A stretch of DNA of 64,000 bases from Escherichia virus TH58. The notes under the pieces were generated by a model that was not told the origin of the DNA, searched no databases, and saw only the letters and a program-made list of their open reading frames with translations. The position numbers and the translations under genes were made by a program. Below are positions 17,456 through 26,854 of the stretch, piece after piece. The stretch is from sequence record MT446423.1. One strand, written 5' to 3'. Positions within the stretch are counted from its first letter, which is position 1. Every line of letters starts with the position of its first letter.

Positions 17456-20167
17456 ATGAAAGAATTTTACCTAACGGTTGAACAGATTGGTGATTCAATT
17501 TTTGAACGTTACATCGATTCTAATGGCTGTGAACGTACTCGTGAAGTAGAGTATAAGCCATCATTGTTTGCACATTGTCCTGAAAGTCAGGCCACGAAAT
17601 ATTTTGATATCTACGGTAAACCTTGTACTCGTAAACTGTTCGCTAACATGCGTGATGCCTCCCAATGGATTAAACGCATGGAAGATATCGGACTTGAAGC
17701 ACTTGGTATGGACGATTTCAAATTGGCGTATTTGTCTGACACTTATAACTATGAAATCAAATACGACCATACAAAAATTCGTGTGGCTAACTTCGACATC
17801 GAAGTAACATCTCCGGATGGGTTCCCTGAGCCGTCGCAAGCAAAACATCCGATTGATGCTATCACCCATTATGACTCAATTGACGACAGGTTCTACGTAT
17901 TTGATCTATTGAATTCTCCATATGGTAATGTGGAAGAATGGTCTATCGAAATTGCAGCTAAGCTTCAAGAACAAGGTGGTGATGAAGTTCCATCCGAAAT
18001 TATCGACAAAATCGTTTATATGCCGTTCGATAACGAAAAAGAATTGTTGATGGAATATCTCAACTTCTGGCAACAGAAAACTCCTGTCATTTTGACTGGA
18101 TGGAACGTTGAGTCATTTGATATTCCATATGTGTATAACCGAATCAAGAATATTTTTGGCGAATCTACTGCGAAACGTTTATCACCACATCGTAAAACTC
18201 GTGTTAAAGTTATCGAAAACATGTATGGTTCTCGTGAAATCATTACATTGTTCGGTATCTCTGTTCTTGATTACATTGACCTTTACAAAAAATTCTCTTT
18301 TACCAATCAACCGTCGTATTCTCTGGATTACATTTCAGAATTTGAATTGAACGTTGGTAAACTGAAATATGACGGCCCTATTTCTAAGCTTCGTGAAAGC
18401 AATCACCAACGATATATTTCTTATAACATTATCGACGTGTATCGTGTATTGCAAATTGATGCTAAGCGTCAGTTCATCAACTTGAGTTTGGACATGGGTT
18501 ATTATGCTAAGATACAGATTCAATCTGTGTTTAGTCCAATTAAAACATGGGATGCTATTATTTTTAATAGCCTTAAAGAGCAGAACAAGGTGATTCCACA
18601 AGGTCGTTCTCATCCGGTTCAACCTTATCCTGGCGCTTTTGTTAAGGAACCTATTCCAAATCGATACAAATATGTAATGAGTTTCGACCTTACATCTCTG
18701 TATCCAAGTATTATTCGCCAAGTGAATATTAGCCCAGAAACAATAGCAGGAACGTTTAAAGTAGCTCCATTGCATGATTATATTAACGCTGTTGCTGAAC
18801 GTCCTTCTGATGTGTACAGTTGTTCTCCTAACGGCATGATGTATTATAAAGACCGTGATGGTGTAGTTCCAACTGAAATCACTAAAGTCTTTAATCAACG
18901 TAAAGAACATAAAGGTTACATGCTTGCAGCTCAACGTAATGGTGAAATAATTAAAGAGGCATTGCATAATCCTAATCTTTCTGTCGACGAACCATTAGAT
19001 GTTGATTATCGTTTCGACTTCAGTGATGAGATTAAAGAAAAGATTAAAAAGTTGTCTGCTAAATCTCTTAATGAAATGTTGTTTAGAGCTCAACGTACTG
19101 AAGTTGCAGGTATGACTGCCCAAATTAACCGTAAATTGCTTATCAACTCACTTTATGGTGCACTTGGCAACGTTTGGTTCCGTTATTATGATTTGCGTAA
19201 TGCTACCGCAATCACAACATTTGGTCAAATGGCTTTACAGTGGATTGAACGTAAAGTTAATGAATATCTGAATGAAGTTTGTGGTACAGAAGGTGAAGCT
19301 TTCGTTCTATATGGTGATACAGACTCTATTTACGTATCTGCTGATAAAATTATCGATAAGGTTGGTGAATCTAAATTCCGTGATACCAACCATTGGGTAG
19401 ACTTCTTAGATAAGTTTGCACGTGAACGTATGGAACCAGCTATTGATAGAGGTTTCCGTGAAATGTGTGAATACATGAACAATAAACAACACTTAATGTT
19501 CATGGACCGAGAAGCTATCGCTGGTCCTCCGCTCGGTTCTAAAGGTATTGGTGGATTCTGGACTGGTAAGAAACGTTATGCATTAAACGTGTGGGACATG
19601 GAAGGTACTCGTTACGCTGAGCCTAAACTCAAAATAATGGGTCTAGAGACTCAGAAATCTTCGACTCCTAAAGCAGTACAGAAAGCTCTTAAAGAATGTA
19701 TTCGTCGTATGCTTCAAGAAGGTGAAGAATCATTACAAGAATATTTTAAAGAGTTTGAAAAAGAATTCCGTCAATTGAATTATATTAGCATCGCGTCGGT
19801 ATCTTCTGCGAATAACATTGCTAAATATGAAGTAGGTGGATTCCCGGGTCCTAAATGCCCGTTCCATATTCGTGGAATTCTGACGTATAACCGGGCTATC
19901 AAAGGTAATATCGATGCACCGCAAGTTGTAGAAGGTGAAAAAGTATATGTTCTGCCTTTACGTGAAGGAAACCCATTCGGTGATAAATGTATCGCATGGC
20001 CTTCTGGTACTGAAATCACAGATTTAATTAAAGACGACGTACTTCATTGGATGGACTACACTGTTCTCCTTGAGAAGACATTTATTAAACCACTTGAAGG
20101 ATTCACATCAGCAGCGAAACTCGATTACGAGAAGAAAGCATCTCTGTTCGATATGTTCGATTTTTGA
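17456..20167 (+). CDS. 43: DNA polymerase gp43 (family B)
   Basis: 903 aa; exonuclease motif FDIEV, polymerase motifs DLTSLYPSII and YGDTDSIYV; sequence matches RB69 gp43 as remembered. Confidence 0.97.
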   Translation: MKEFYLTVEQIGDSIFERYIDSNGCERTREVEYKPSLFAHCPESQATKYFDIYGKPCTRKLFANMRDASQWIKRMEDIGLEALGMDDFKLAYLSDTYNYEIKYDHTKIRVANFDIEVTSPDGFPEPSQAKHPIDAITHYDSIDDRFYVFDLLNSPYGNVEEWSIEIAAKLQEQGGDEVPSEIIDKIVYMPFDNEKELLMEYLNFWQQKTPVILTGWNVESFDIPYVYNRIKNIFGESTAKRLSPHRKTRVKVIENMYGSREIITLFGISVLDYIDLYKKFSFTNQPSYSLDYISEFELNVGKLKYDGPISKLRESNHQRYISYNIIDVYRVLQIDAKRQFINLSLDMGYYAKIQIQSVFSPIKTWDAIIFNSLKEQNKVIPQGRSHPVQPYPGAFVKEPIPNRYKYVMSFDLTSLYPSIIRQVNISPETIAGTFKVAPLHDYINAVAERPSDVYSCSPNGMMYYKDRDGVVPTEITKVFNQRKEHKGYMLAAQRNGEIIKEALHNPNLSVDEPLDVDYRFDFSDEIKEKIKKLSAKSLNEMLFRAQRTEVAGMTAQINRKLLINSLYGALGNVWFRYYDLRNATAITTFGQMALQWIERKVNEYLNEVCGTEGEAFVLYGDTDSIYVSADKIIDKVGESKFRDTNHWVDFLDKFARERMEPAIDRGFREMCEYMNNKQHLMFMDREAIAGPPLGSKGIGGFWTGKKRYALNVWDMEGTRYAEPKLKIMGLETQKSSTPKAVQKALKECIRRMLQEGEESLQEYFKEFEKEFRQLNYISIASVSSANNIAKYEVGGFPGPKCPFHIRGILTYNRAIKGNIDAPQVVEGEKVYVLPLREGNPFGDKCIAWPSGTEITDLIKDDVLHWMDYTVLLEKTFIKPLEGFTSAAKLDYEKKASLFDMFDF

Positions 20168-20207
20168 TATAATGACATGGACGGTAAACTAATTAAATGA
20201 GAGAAAT

Positions 20208-20843
20208 ATGAAAACTACTCCTATTACTATCGCTATTGACGCAATCATAAAACAAGCTTCTTCTTTGGCCGCTATGGCCAAAGTAATTAGTCAAAACCCT
20301 GCTCGTTATAATGCTATTCTAGAAACTCTTCGACGCCCAGGACTTAGTAATTATGAAAGTCGTGTAATTATTACAGGTGTTGGTAAGAACGCTAATATCG
20401 CAACTAAAGCTTCTGAGACTTTTGCTTCATTAGGTATTCCTAGCATGTATTTGAACACCGGGCATTATTCTCACGGCGATGCAGGATTCATTGCGCCTAA
20501 TGATGTGTTGATTCATATTAGTCGTTCTGGTAAAACTGAAGAAATGATAGGCGTGGCTAAGCATCTTAAAATGATTCGTCCGAACGTCAAACAGATTCTG
20601 TTGCATTGTAACCCAGACATTCCACAAGAAAATGAAGCCCTTTTTGATTACTCTTTCTGTACAGGCATCGCAGTAGAGGTTGATGAGAATTCTCTGGCTC
20701 CGACTATGTCCACTACATTGTTGTTAGCGCTTATCGATACGTTTGCTATCAACCTTTCGTCTGAACGTGGATTTACCTCTAATGACTTCCTTAAGTTCCA
20801 CCCTGGTGGTGCACTAGGTGCCATGTTACGAGGCGAACAATGA
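20208..20843 (+). CDS. SIS-domain sugar-phosphate isomerase, arabinose-5-phosphate isomerase-like (no CBS domains)
   Basis: GVGKNANIATKASETFASLGIPSMYL..HGDAGFIAPNDVLIHISRSGKTEE matches the KdsD/KpsF/GutQ SIS signature; not found at this locus in T4. Confidence 0.8.
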   Translation: MKTTPITIAIDAIIKQASSLAAMAKVISQNPARYNAILETLRRPGLSNYESRVIITGVGKNANIATKASETFASLGIPSMYLNTGHYSHGDAGFIAPNDVLIHISRSGKTEEMIGVAKHLKMIRPNVKQILLHCNPDIPQENEALFDYSFCTGIAVEVDENSLAPTMSTTLLLALIDTFAINLSSERGFTSNDFLKFHPGGALGAMLRGEQ

Positions 20844-20983
20844 AAGCAATAACAATAGGACTTTTACTATTGATGCTTGTCATGACTATCTACTGGAGCT
20901 TAACGGCTCCAGTAATGATTCCAACACTTGTAATCGGATGGATTATGATTGGACTACAAGCAAAGTATGAATGCTTTAACTAG
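20840..20983 (+). CDS. small hydrophobic protein (47 aa)
   Basis: ORF read by eye; ATG overlaps stop of the SIS gene; two predicted TM segments. Confidence 0.3.
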   Translation: MKAITIGLLLLMLVMTIYWSLTAPVMIPTLVIGWIMIGLQAKYECFN

Positions 20984-20996
20984 AATAGTGTACAAT
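20970..20996 (+). promoter_or_regulatory. putative middle promoter upstream of nucleotidyltransferase-kinase gene
   Basis: MotA-box aaTGCTTTA, 12-nt spacer, -10 TACAAT. Confidence 0.45.
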
Positions 20997-21024
20997 ACTC
21001 CTACTTACCAATGAGGACCACAAC

Positions 21025-22710
21025 ATGAAAAAAGCTGTTATTCTTGGTGCTGGACTGGCAACTCGTTTGTATCCAATAACGCATCATATTCCTAAGGTGC
21101 TTGTTAACTATAAACAAGACACTATTCTGAGCAATTTGTATACAATTTATTCTGACCTTGGCGCAGATGAAATTATTGTAGTAGTTCATTCAAAATTTGC
21201 TGAAACCGTTCGAGCTTATTGTGAGCAAGAAGGGTTCAATGTGACTATTCGTACAGTTGATGAAGCATATGGTTCTGCTTATGCTCTTGCTAAATTGCAC
21301 AAAGATTTAGACGGTCATAATGTAATTGTTAACTGGTGTGATATTATTCCCGATTTTGGTTCATGGTCTTGGAATGTTAACGCAATCTATGTTAAGGGTG
21401 ACGAATGTCGATATAATTTCGACGGTGAAAATATCACTAACGTAGGTTCAACAGGTGGTAATGTTGTAGGAATTTATCAGTTCAAAGACTGGGAATTCTA
21501 TATGGGTTCTACTGATGAGGAAATTCATGAATACTGCAAAGGACGTGATTTCGTAGAATTCCTTTACGGCAGCGCATTCAATAAATCAGAGCTTATGAAT
21601 CTAATTGATTTAGGTGATATGCCTAAACTTGAAAAGGCTCATGAAGTTCGTGAACTTAATCGTAGTTTTAATGCGGTTGAAATTGGTGAAGAAACTGTAA
21701 CTAAATTCGCATTAACCGAACAGGGCCGATCTCTTCAGAAAGATGAGATTTCATGGTATCTTAAAGTGAAATCAGATTCAGTTCCTCAGTTAGTTTCTGT
21801 TAATGAAAATAACTTTGAAATGGAACGCATTAAAGGTAAGCCGGCATTTGAATATATTAAATCCAAATCGAGTCTTGCTCGTCCACAAATTGTTGATGCA
21901 ATTTTAGATGCACTGAAATTCAGCACAGACACTTATTTTGTAAGTCCTGAAACTGTTCGTCGTGATTTCACTAAAGAATTCTATACTAAAGTCATCGATC
22001 GTTGTGAAAGTATTCAACCATTGATTGATTCATTTGGTAAAATCACACATGTGAACTACACTAAGATTGGACGTCTGAAGCCAATGTTGAAACAAGCTTT
22101 AGAACACCTTATTCGTTATCATAACCGTTCTCAGGGACAGTACTCTGTTATTCATGGTGACCCGAACTTCAGTAATACTATGATTACTGATAATGGTGAA
22201 GTAAAGTTTATCGACCCTCGTGGATATTTTGGTGAAACCAAGATTTACGGGCCAAAATTGTATGACGAAGCTAAAGTGCTTTACGCTGTTTCAGGTTATG
22301 ATGAATTCAACGCCAATCCGACCTGGGGACAGTTTACTATTGATGAAATAACCTGTAATGTGACTATTAACATCAATCCATTAGTTTACAAATATGGAAA
22401 GATGAGTTCGTTTAACGTGTATCATCATTTGGCAGTGGCAATTATCTGGATTGCATTAGGTGGTTATTTCAAGAATAATCCACTTAAAGCGGTAGCCGCA
22501 TATTATAAAGGTATGGAACTTCTGACTAAGCAATTACGTAACATGGGCCGTGTACTTCAGGACGGCACTATTAGTTATGATGTAGCAGAACCTGTAACGG
22601 CTACTCTGATTACAAAAAATCCTGGTAAATGGGTACTAACTGATAAAGAAACTGGTGTTTCTTATCGTCCAATCGGTGGCGATAACACTCATCAATGGGA
22701 ACGAATCTAA
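21025..22710 (+). CDS. bifunctional sugar-1-phosphate nucleotidyltransferase / sugar kinase (561 aa)
   Basis: N-terminal GAGLATRL nucleotidyltransferase signature; C-terminal choline-kinase/APH-like kinase fold with HGDPNFSN catalytic loop and FIDPRGYF. Confidence 0.75.
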   Translation: MKKAVILGAGLATRLYPITHHIPKVLVNYKQDTILSNLYTIYSDLGADEIIVVVHSKFAETVRAYCEQEGFNVTIRTVDEAYGSAYALAKLHKDLDGHNVIVNWCDIIPDFGSWSWNVNAIYVKGDECRYNFDGENITNVGSTGGNVVGIYQFKDWEFYMGSTDEEIHEYCKGRDFVEFLYGSAFNKSELMNLIDLGDMPKLEKAHEVRELNRSFNAVEIGEETVTKFALTEQGRSLQKDEISWYLKVKSDSVPQLVSVNENNFEMERIKGKPAFEYIKSKSSLARPQIVDAILDALKFSTDTYFVSPETVRRDFTKEFYTKVIDRCESIQPLIDSFGKITHVNYTKIGRLKPMLKQALEHLIRYHNRSQGQYSVIHGDPNFSNTMITDNGEVKFIDPRGYFGETKIYGPKLYDEAKVLYAVSGYDEFNANPTWGQFTIDEITCNVTININPLVYKYGKMSSFNVYHHLAVAIIWIALGGYFKNNPLKAVAAYYKGMELLTKQLRNMGRVLQDGTISYDVAEPVTATLITKNPGKWVLTDKETGVSYRPIGGDNTHQWERI

Positions 22711-23096
22711 TGCACCGTGTAAAAAACATGCTTAATCTTTGTTTTGACGTCGATGATTGTATAACAGAGTGGAATAACAATCGTGATTACGTGAACTTCA
22801 AACCGGACGTCGAAATGGTGTCTGCCATTAATGCCCTGTATGATGCAGGGCATACCATAACGCTTTACACTGCTCGCGGTATGAAGTCAGTCGGTCCTGG
22901 TCGTATAGCAATTGACATTCTCCCAAGTCTGATTCAGAACTTGGCAAACATTGGATTGAAGTACCATAATTTGCTAACACATAAACCAGTATATGATTGG
23001 ATTATCGACGACAAAGCTATGCGTCCTGACGAATTCAAAGCTCTTATGAATAAAGGCGAATTCGAAACATTTAAATCATATAAACCGAATCTATAA
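22710..23096 (+). CDS. HAD-superfamily phosphatase (128 aa)
   Basis: HAD motif I FDVDDCIT, motif II LYTARG, motif IV IIDDKA; start may instead be ATG 22695. Confidence 0.65.
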   Translation: MHRVKNMLNLCFDVDDCITEWNNNRDYVNFKPDVEMVSAINALYDAGHTITLYTARGMKSVGPGRIAIDILPSLIQNLANIGLKYHNLLTHKPVYDWIIDDKAMRPDEFKALMNKGEFETFKSYKPNL

Positions 23097-23150
23097 TAAT
23101 TTAAGTAAGACCTGCAAAAACCATCGCAACAATTAACGCGAGATGCAAAA

Positions 23151-24311
23151 ATGAATACCTTTAAAATCGGAACGAATTTTGATTTAGCTCTTCTTGATAA
23201 AATCGTAGAGCTCAATAAAACTTATCCTAATAGCTTGATAAACGAAGTATACGGCTCTACAAGAGAAATGGCTTTTGTAGCAGCCAGACCTGATTTTAGG
23301 CTTCCTGACGTTGACAAAAAGATGTTAGAAGATTACGTTAAACGTTGTAACGAATTAGGTATTTGCTTTAACTATACACTCAACACGATAAATCCTGGTT
23401 CAAAAAGAGAACTAGTTGAGTGGAAGAAGAAAGCTATTCAGGATTATGTTCAGTATCTTTGGTCAATAGGTGTATGGCGTATTACTATCGCTAACCCTGT
23501 TGTTATGGAAATTGTTCGTGAAGTCAATAAAGACATTGAGATTGAAGTTTCAACAATTCTACATGTCGATGCTGTAACTCAAATCAAATACTTGCATGAC
23601 CAATATAATATCAAAAAGGTCTGCTGTGGAATTCACAAGAACCGTTCAGTTTCTTTCCTGAAGCGTGCAGCAGAGTTTTGCAATAAGAACAATATAATAT
23701 TTGAAGTTCTTGTAAATGAGTTCTGTTCTAATGCTGGTAAAGGGTATACAACACATTGTAGTTATCGTGACTCTTGCTATATTTTCCATAGCACCGATGT
23801 TACAGTAGATGATGCCAAATCCTTAAATGGATATCCAATGCAACACTGTATTAAAGCTCGTGATACAGATCCATTTAACTGGTTGAGAACTCGTTTTGTT
23901 CGTCCTCAAGATTTGAAACTTTATAATGATATTGGTATCACTCAATTCAAAGTTTCAGGACGTACAGGTAGCACAGACTACATTTTGAAAGTTCTTGAAG
24001 CATACGCTTCTGAAAAGTTTGAAGGTAATTTGTTAGAACTGTGGAAGCCTTTAGAGACTATTTTCACTCTTGAAAACGAAACTGAGTTTTCACATACAGT
24101 AAATATTGAAACCTCTTTGTTAGATGGCTTTTTAGAAAAAAGGTGGTTCAAACATCCAGATTTCGATTGTGCTAATGAAATCTGCGGGACGACGTGTACA
24201 TATTGTGAAAGATATTATAAACGTCAGTTATCTAAAAATGGGTTATCAGAAAACTCTATATCTATTATTGATATAACTAACTCTGACGACGCTTTGAGGT
24301 ACCCAGAATGA
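23151..24311 (+). CDS. Cys-rich enzyme of unknown function, possibly TIM-barrel / peptidase-U32-like (386 aa)
   Basis: Alternating beta-strand/helix pattern and EVLVNEFCSNAGKGYTTHC segment loosely resemble U32-family proteins; C-terminal CANEICGTTCTYC cysteine cluster; assignment uncertain. Confidence 0.55.
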   Translation: MNTFKIGTNFDLALLDKIVELNKTYPNSLINEVYGSTREMAFVAARPDFRLPDVDKKMLEDYVKRCNELGICFNYTLNTINPGSKRELVEWKKKAIQDYVQYLWSIGVWRITIANPVVMEIVREVNKDIEIEVSTILHVDAVTQIKYLHDQYNIKKVCCGIHKNRSVSFLKRAAEFCNKNNIIFEVLVNEFCSNAGKGYTTHCSYRDSCYIFHSTDVTVDDAKSLNGYPMQHCIKARDTDPFNWLRTRFVRPQDLKLYNDIGITQFKVSGRTGSTDYILKVLEAYASEKFEGNLLELWKPLETIFTLENETEFSHTVNIETSLLDGFLEKRWFKHPDFDCANEICGTTCTYCERYYKRQLSKNGLSENSISIIDITNSDDALRYPE

Positions 24312-24589
24312 TTTCTAGAAAAACTTTTAACCACCAACTTAATGAAGAGATTTTGACTACGAAAATTAACAGCAACGAACAAATTCTTAAAAAGGCCCTT
24401 ATTGGCCTGTTTGAAACTAAAGCGGCTAAAGTGATTAAAGAACCTGTTCAATTGTAATACTACGCTGATGCATTTCTTCATAGTGTTCTTGGAAATATCG
24501 ATGCTGAAGCTTTACGTTATATCAACACCGCTAAGAAATTCAAATAAGCTTTATGAATTGAGTATATAATAAATTGTATTGAGGTAAAC

Positions 24590-25306
24590 ATGGGAAAACA
24601 TAACACAATGAAATATATTAAAGCCGCAGATTTTCAATCCGCATTTAAAGCTGTCAATCGTGAAATTTTAGAAAACCCGGAATTCGTTACTGATTCTCGT
24701 ATTGGACGTTGTAATGAAATTGGGTCTATGACAGTAGTTGTTGACACTCCATCATCATTCAAAATGACCGACCCACGTATTAACCGCATCTCTTATGAAT
24801 ATGCTGAAGATTTCTGGAAGTTTATGATTTCTGGCGGTACCGACGCAGAAGAAGCATTTAAGGCATATCCTAATGTCGCTAAATTTATTTCTAAACCAAA
24901 ATCAGATGCTTTGCCTGCGAACTTCAACACTTTCTATGGTCCACGAATTGCGGCCCAGTTACCAGCTCTTCTCAAAGAACTTAAAGAGAAACCTAATTCA
25001 CGAAGAGTTGTGTTCCAAATTCTAGAAAGTTCAGATCAGGCTTTGCTTGATTCGGACGAAACACTTGAATATCCATGTACTGACTCAGTGACTTATTATA
25101 TTCGTGATGGTAAGCTTTATACCCACTGTCATATGCGTTCTCAGAACTGTGCTGTTGTTATGCAGTTGGATTTTTATCTCCAAGGAAAATTACTTCATTA
25201 TATCGCTAACGAATGTGGTGTAGAAGTTGGTGATTATACTCATACCATGGTAAGTGCCCATGTGTTTGAACGTGATTTTGATTATGTTAAAGGATTCCTT
25301 GACTAA
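24590..25306 (+). CDS. 42: dCMP hydroxymethylase gp42 (thymidylate-synthase fold)
   Basis: 238 aa; TS-family active-site region PCTDSVTYYIRDGKLYTHCHMRSQNCAVVMQLDF; position between gene 43 and uvsX. Confidence 0.82.
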   Translation: MGKHNTMKYIKAADFQSAFKAVNREILENPEFVTDSRIGRCNEIGSMTVVVDTPSSFKMTDPRINRISYEYAEDFWKFMISGGTDAEEAFKAYPNVAKFISKPKSDALPANFNTFYGPRIAAQLPALLKELKEKPNSRRVVFQILESSDQALLDSDETLEYPCTDSVTYYIRDGKLYTHCHMRSQNCAVVMQLDFYLQGKLLHYIANECGVEVGDYTHTMVSAHVFERDFDYVKGFLD

Positions 25307-26205
25307 TGGCTATTTTCCGCGTACCTATCTTGAGTATGCGGTCTTATGAAACTGGTCAGTATGCTATCCTTAAGGATGGTAACTTCCAACTTCATTTGCA
25401 CCGTGCTAATCCAGGTGATGTGATTACATATCCACGTAATGCATCTGATATTAAAGAATGTGAACGTCTTTTCCCAGAATTTAAGTTTGTTCCATTATGG
25501 TATAAAGATAACGCGTATAACACTCGTAAATATTTCTGGTCTGAAAATGAATTTGTGGTTGATTCATTAATTGCTTATTATGATTGTGATTTTCTAATCA
25601 CAGATATCACTGGATATGACGGCGCTTTTGATGTGGAATTCAATTTCAATATCACTGCAGACCCTAATAAACCGCGTTTTTATATTGACGAATTCTTAAA
25701 AACCGACATGTTGTCGGTTAATCGTTCACTTCAAACTACTGTGTTGAATGAACGTCAAAAGGAAGTGCTGGTTAACGCTGGTGCGGATGGTAATAAGATT
25801 ATCGTAACGCAGAAAGTTATACGTCCTTCCATCATGCAGCGTCTTGTAGGTGATTTGGCTCCTATTCATCTAGATGGTATTTTTCATCCATTTCGAATTA
25901 GTGACCCGTGCTATCGTTTTGAACAAGTGGTTGAATGTGCAATTCAATTAGGTCAACCGCTTTATATAACCGATCCAAATAATAGCTTCGACAGAAATAA
26001 GTATCCTGAAGAAGCGCTGATTCGAATTTTTAAACCAACTAAAACTGAGTACTATCAAATTCTTAAAGGTCGGCCGAAGATTCAATATTTCGAAAATCCT
26101 GAAGAAGTATTCCATCCAGGTCTTGGCGAGTTCATCTACTTTAACGCTTTAATTTCTTCGCCGTATAATATACCTAAATATGAAGATGTCGTAATCGAGG
26201 AATAA
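25306..26205 (+). CDS. putative glycosyltransferase at the beta-gt locus (candidate hmC-DNA arabinosyltransferase), 299 aa
   Basis: Occupies the T4 beta-gt position but is unrelated to beta-gt; C-terminal FEQVVECAIQLGQPLYITD resembles a GT-B donor-binding segment; function inferred. Confidence 0.5.
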   Translation: MAIFRVPILSMRSYETGQYAILKDGNFQLHLHRANPGDVITYPRNASDIKECERLFPEFKFVPLWYKDNAYNTRKYFWSENEFVVDSLIAYYDCDFLITDITGYDGAFDVEFNFNITADPNKPRFYIDEFLKTDMLSVNRSLQTTVLNERQKEVLVNAGADGNKIIVTQKVIRPSIMQRLVGDLAPIHLDGIFHPFRISDPCYRFEQVVECAIQLGQPLYITDPNNSFDRNKYPEEALIRIFKPTKTEYYQILKGRPKIQYFENPEEVFHPGLGEFIYFNALISSPYNIPKYEDVVIEE

Positions 26206-26206
26206 A

Positions 26207-26755
26207 ATGGCTAAAATTATTTTAGTAGATGGCCCGGATAATGCTGGTAAAACAACTTTCATTAATGACATAATGGAAATTAGTGAAAGATATGTAAAGA
26301 TTGATTTCCCTAAACGAACAGTTGACGGACGTTTCGATGTTAAGTCTCGAAATGAAGTTGGTTGTTTCGAAACGATGTTGAATTATTTAGATCCTACTAA
26401 GATTTATCTGTTAGACCGTGGATATATTAGTAACTGGGTTTATGGACGTATTCGTCAAGATGCTGACTCGGTTCTTGACGTTTATGAACAGGATTATGTT
26501 CGTCTTTGCCAAAACCACGATGTGTTCACAATTATTTTAACACGTAACGAAATGACTGAAAGTTTTGAAGACGACCTTATTACTTTGTCTTCATTCGGTT
26601 TTAATACAGTAATTTCATATTTTGAAGAGTTTGCAATCCATAACGAAATCCAAACGTATCAATTACTTAATCATGATGGTGCTAACAAAGTTATAGGATT
26701 TAATGCAAGCGAACGTAATAATTTGATTACAGAAATTATCAAATGGGCTCGTTAA
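26207..26755 (+). CDS. P-loop kinase, nucleotide-kinase-like (182 aa)
   Basis: Walker A ILVDGPDNAGKTT at N-terminus, LDRGYISN downstream; thymidylate/deoxynucleotide-kinase-like architecture. Confidence 0.6.
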   Translation: MAKIILVDGPDNAGKTTFINDIMEISERYVKIDFPKRTVDGRFDVKSRNEVGCFETMLNYLDPTKIYLLDRGYISNWVYGRIRQDADSVLDVYEQDYVRLCQNHDVFTIILTRNEMTESFEDDLITLSSFGFNTVISYFEEFAIHNEIQTYQLLNHDGANKVIGFNASERNNLITEIIKWAR

Positions 26756-26854
26756 GAGCCTGTTTAAAGTTTTAAATGCTGTATAACCCTTAGTATATAA
26801 TCGTCTTATCTTTTAAACATGAGTAAAATATAATGATGCCTATGGAAAAATACA

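Noticed and set aside
18335-18967. 210-aa ORF on the - strand inside gene 43
   Set aside because: Lies entirely within the DNA polymerase coding sequence on the opposite strand, with a low-complexity hydrophobic translation and no RBS; shadow ORF
24308-24544. 49-aa ORF after the Cys-rich enzyme gene whose frame stays open for 29 codons beyond its TAA (possible stop-codon readthrough)
   Set aside because: In this AT-rich sequence a 29-codon open stretch is not statistically unusual and there is no recognisable recoding signal; treated as coincidence
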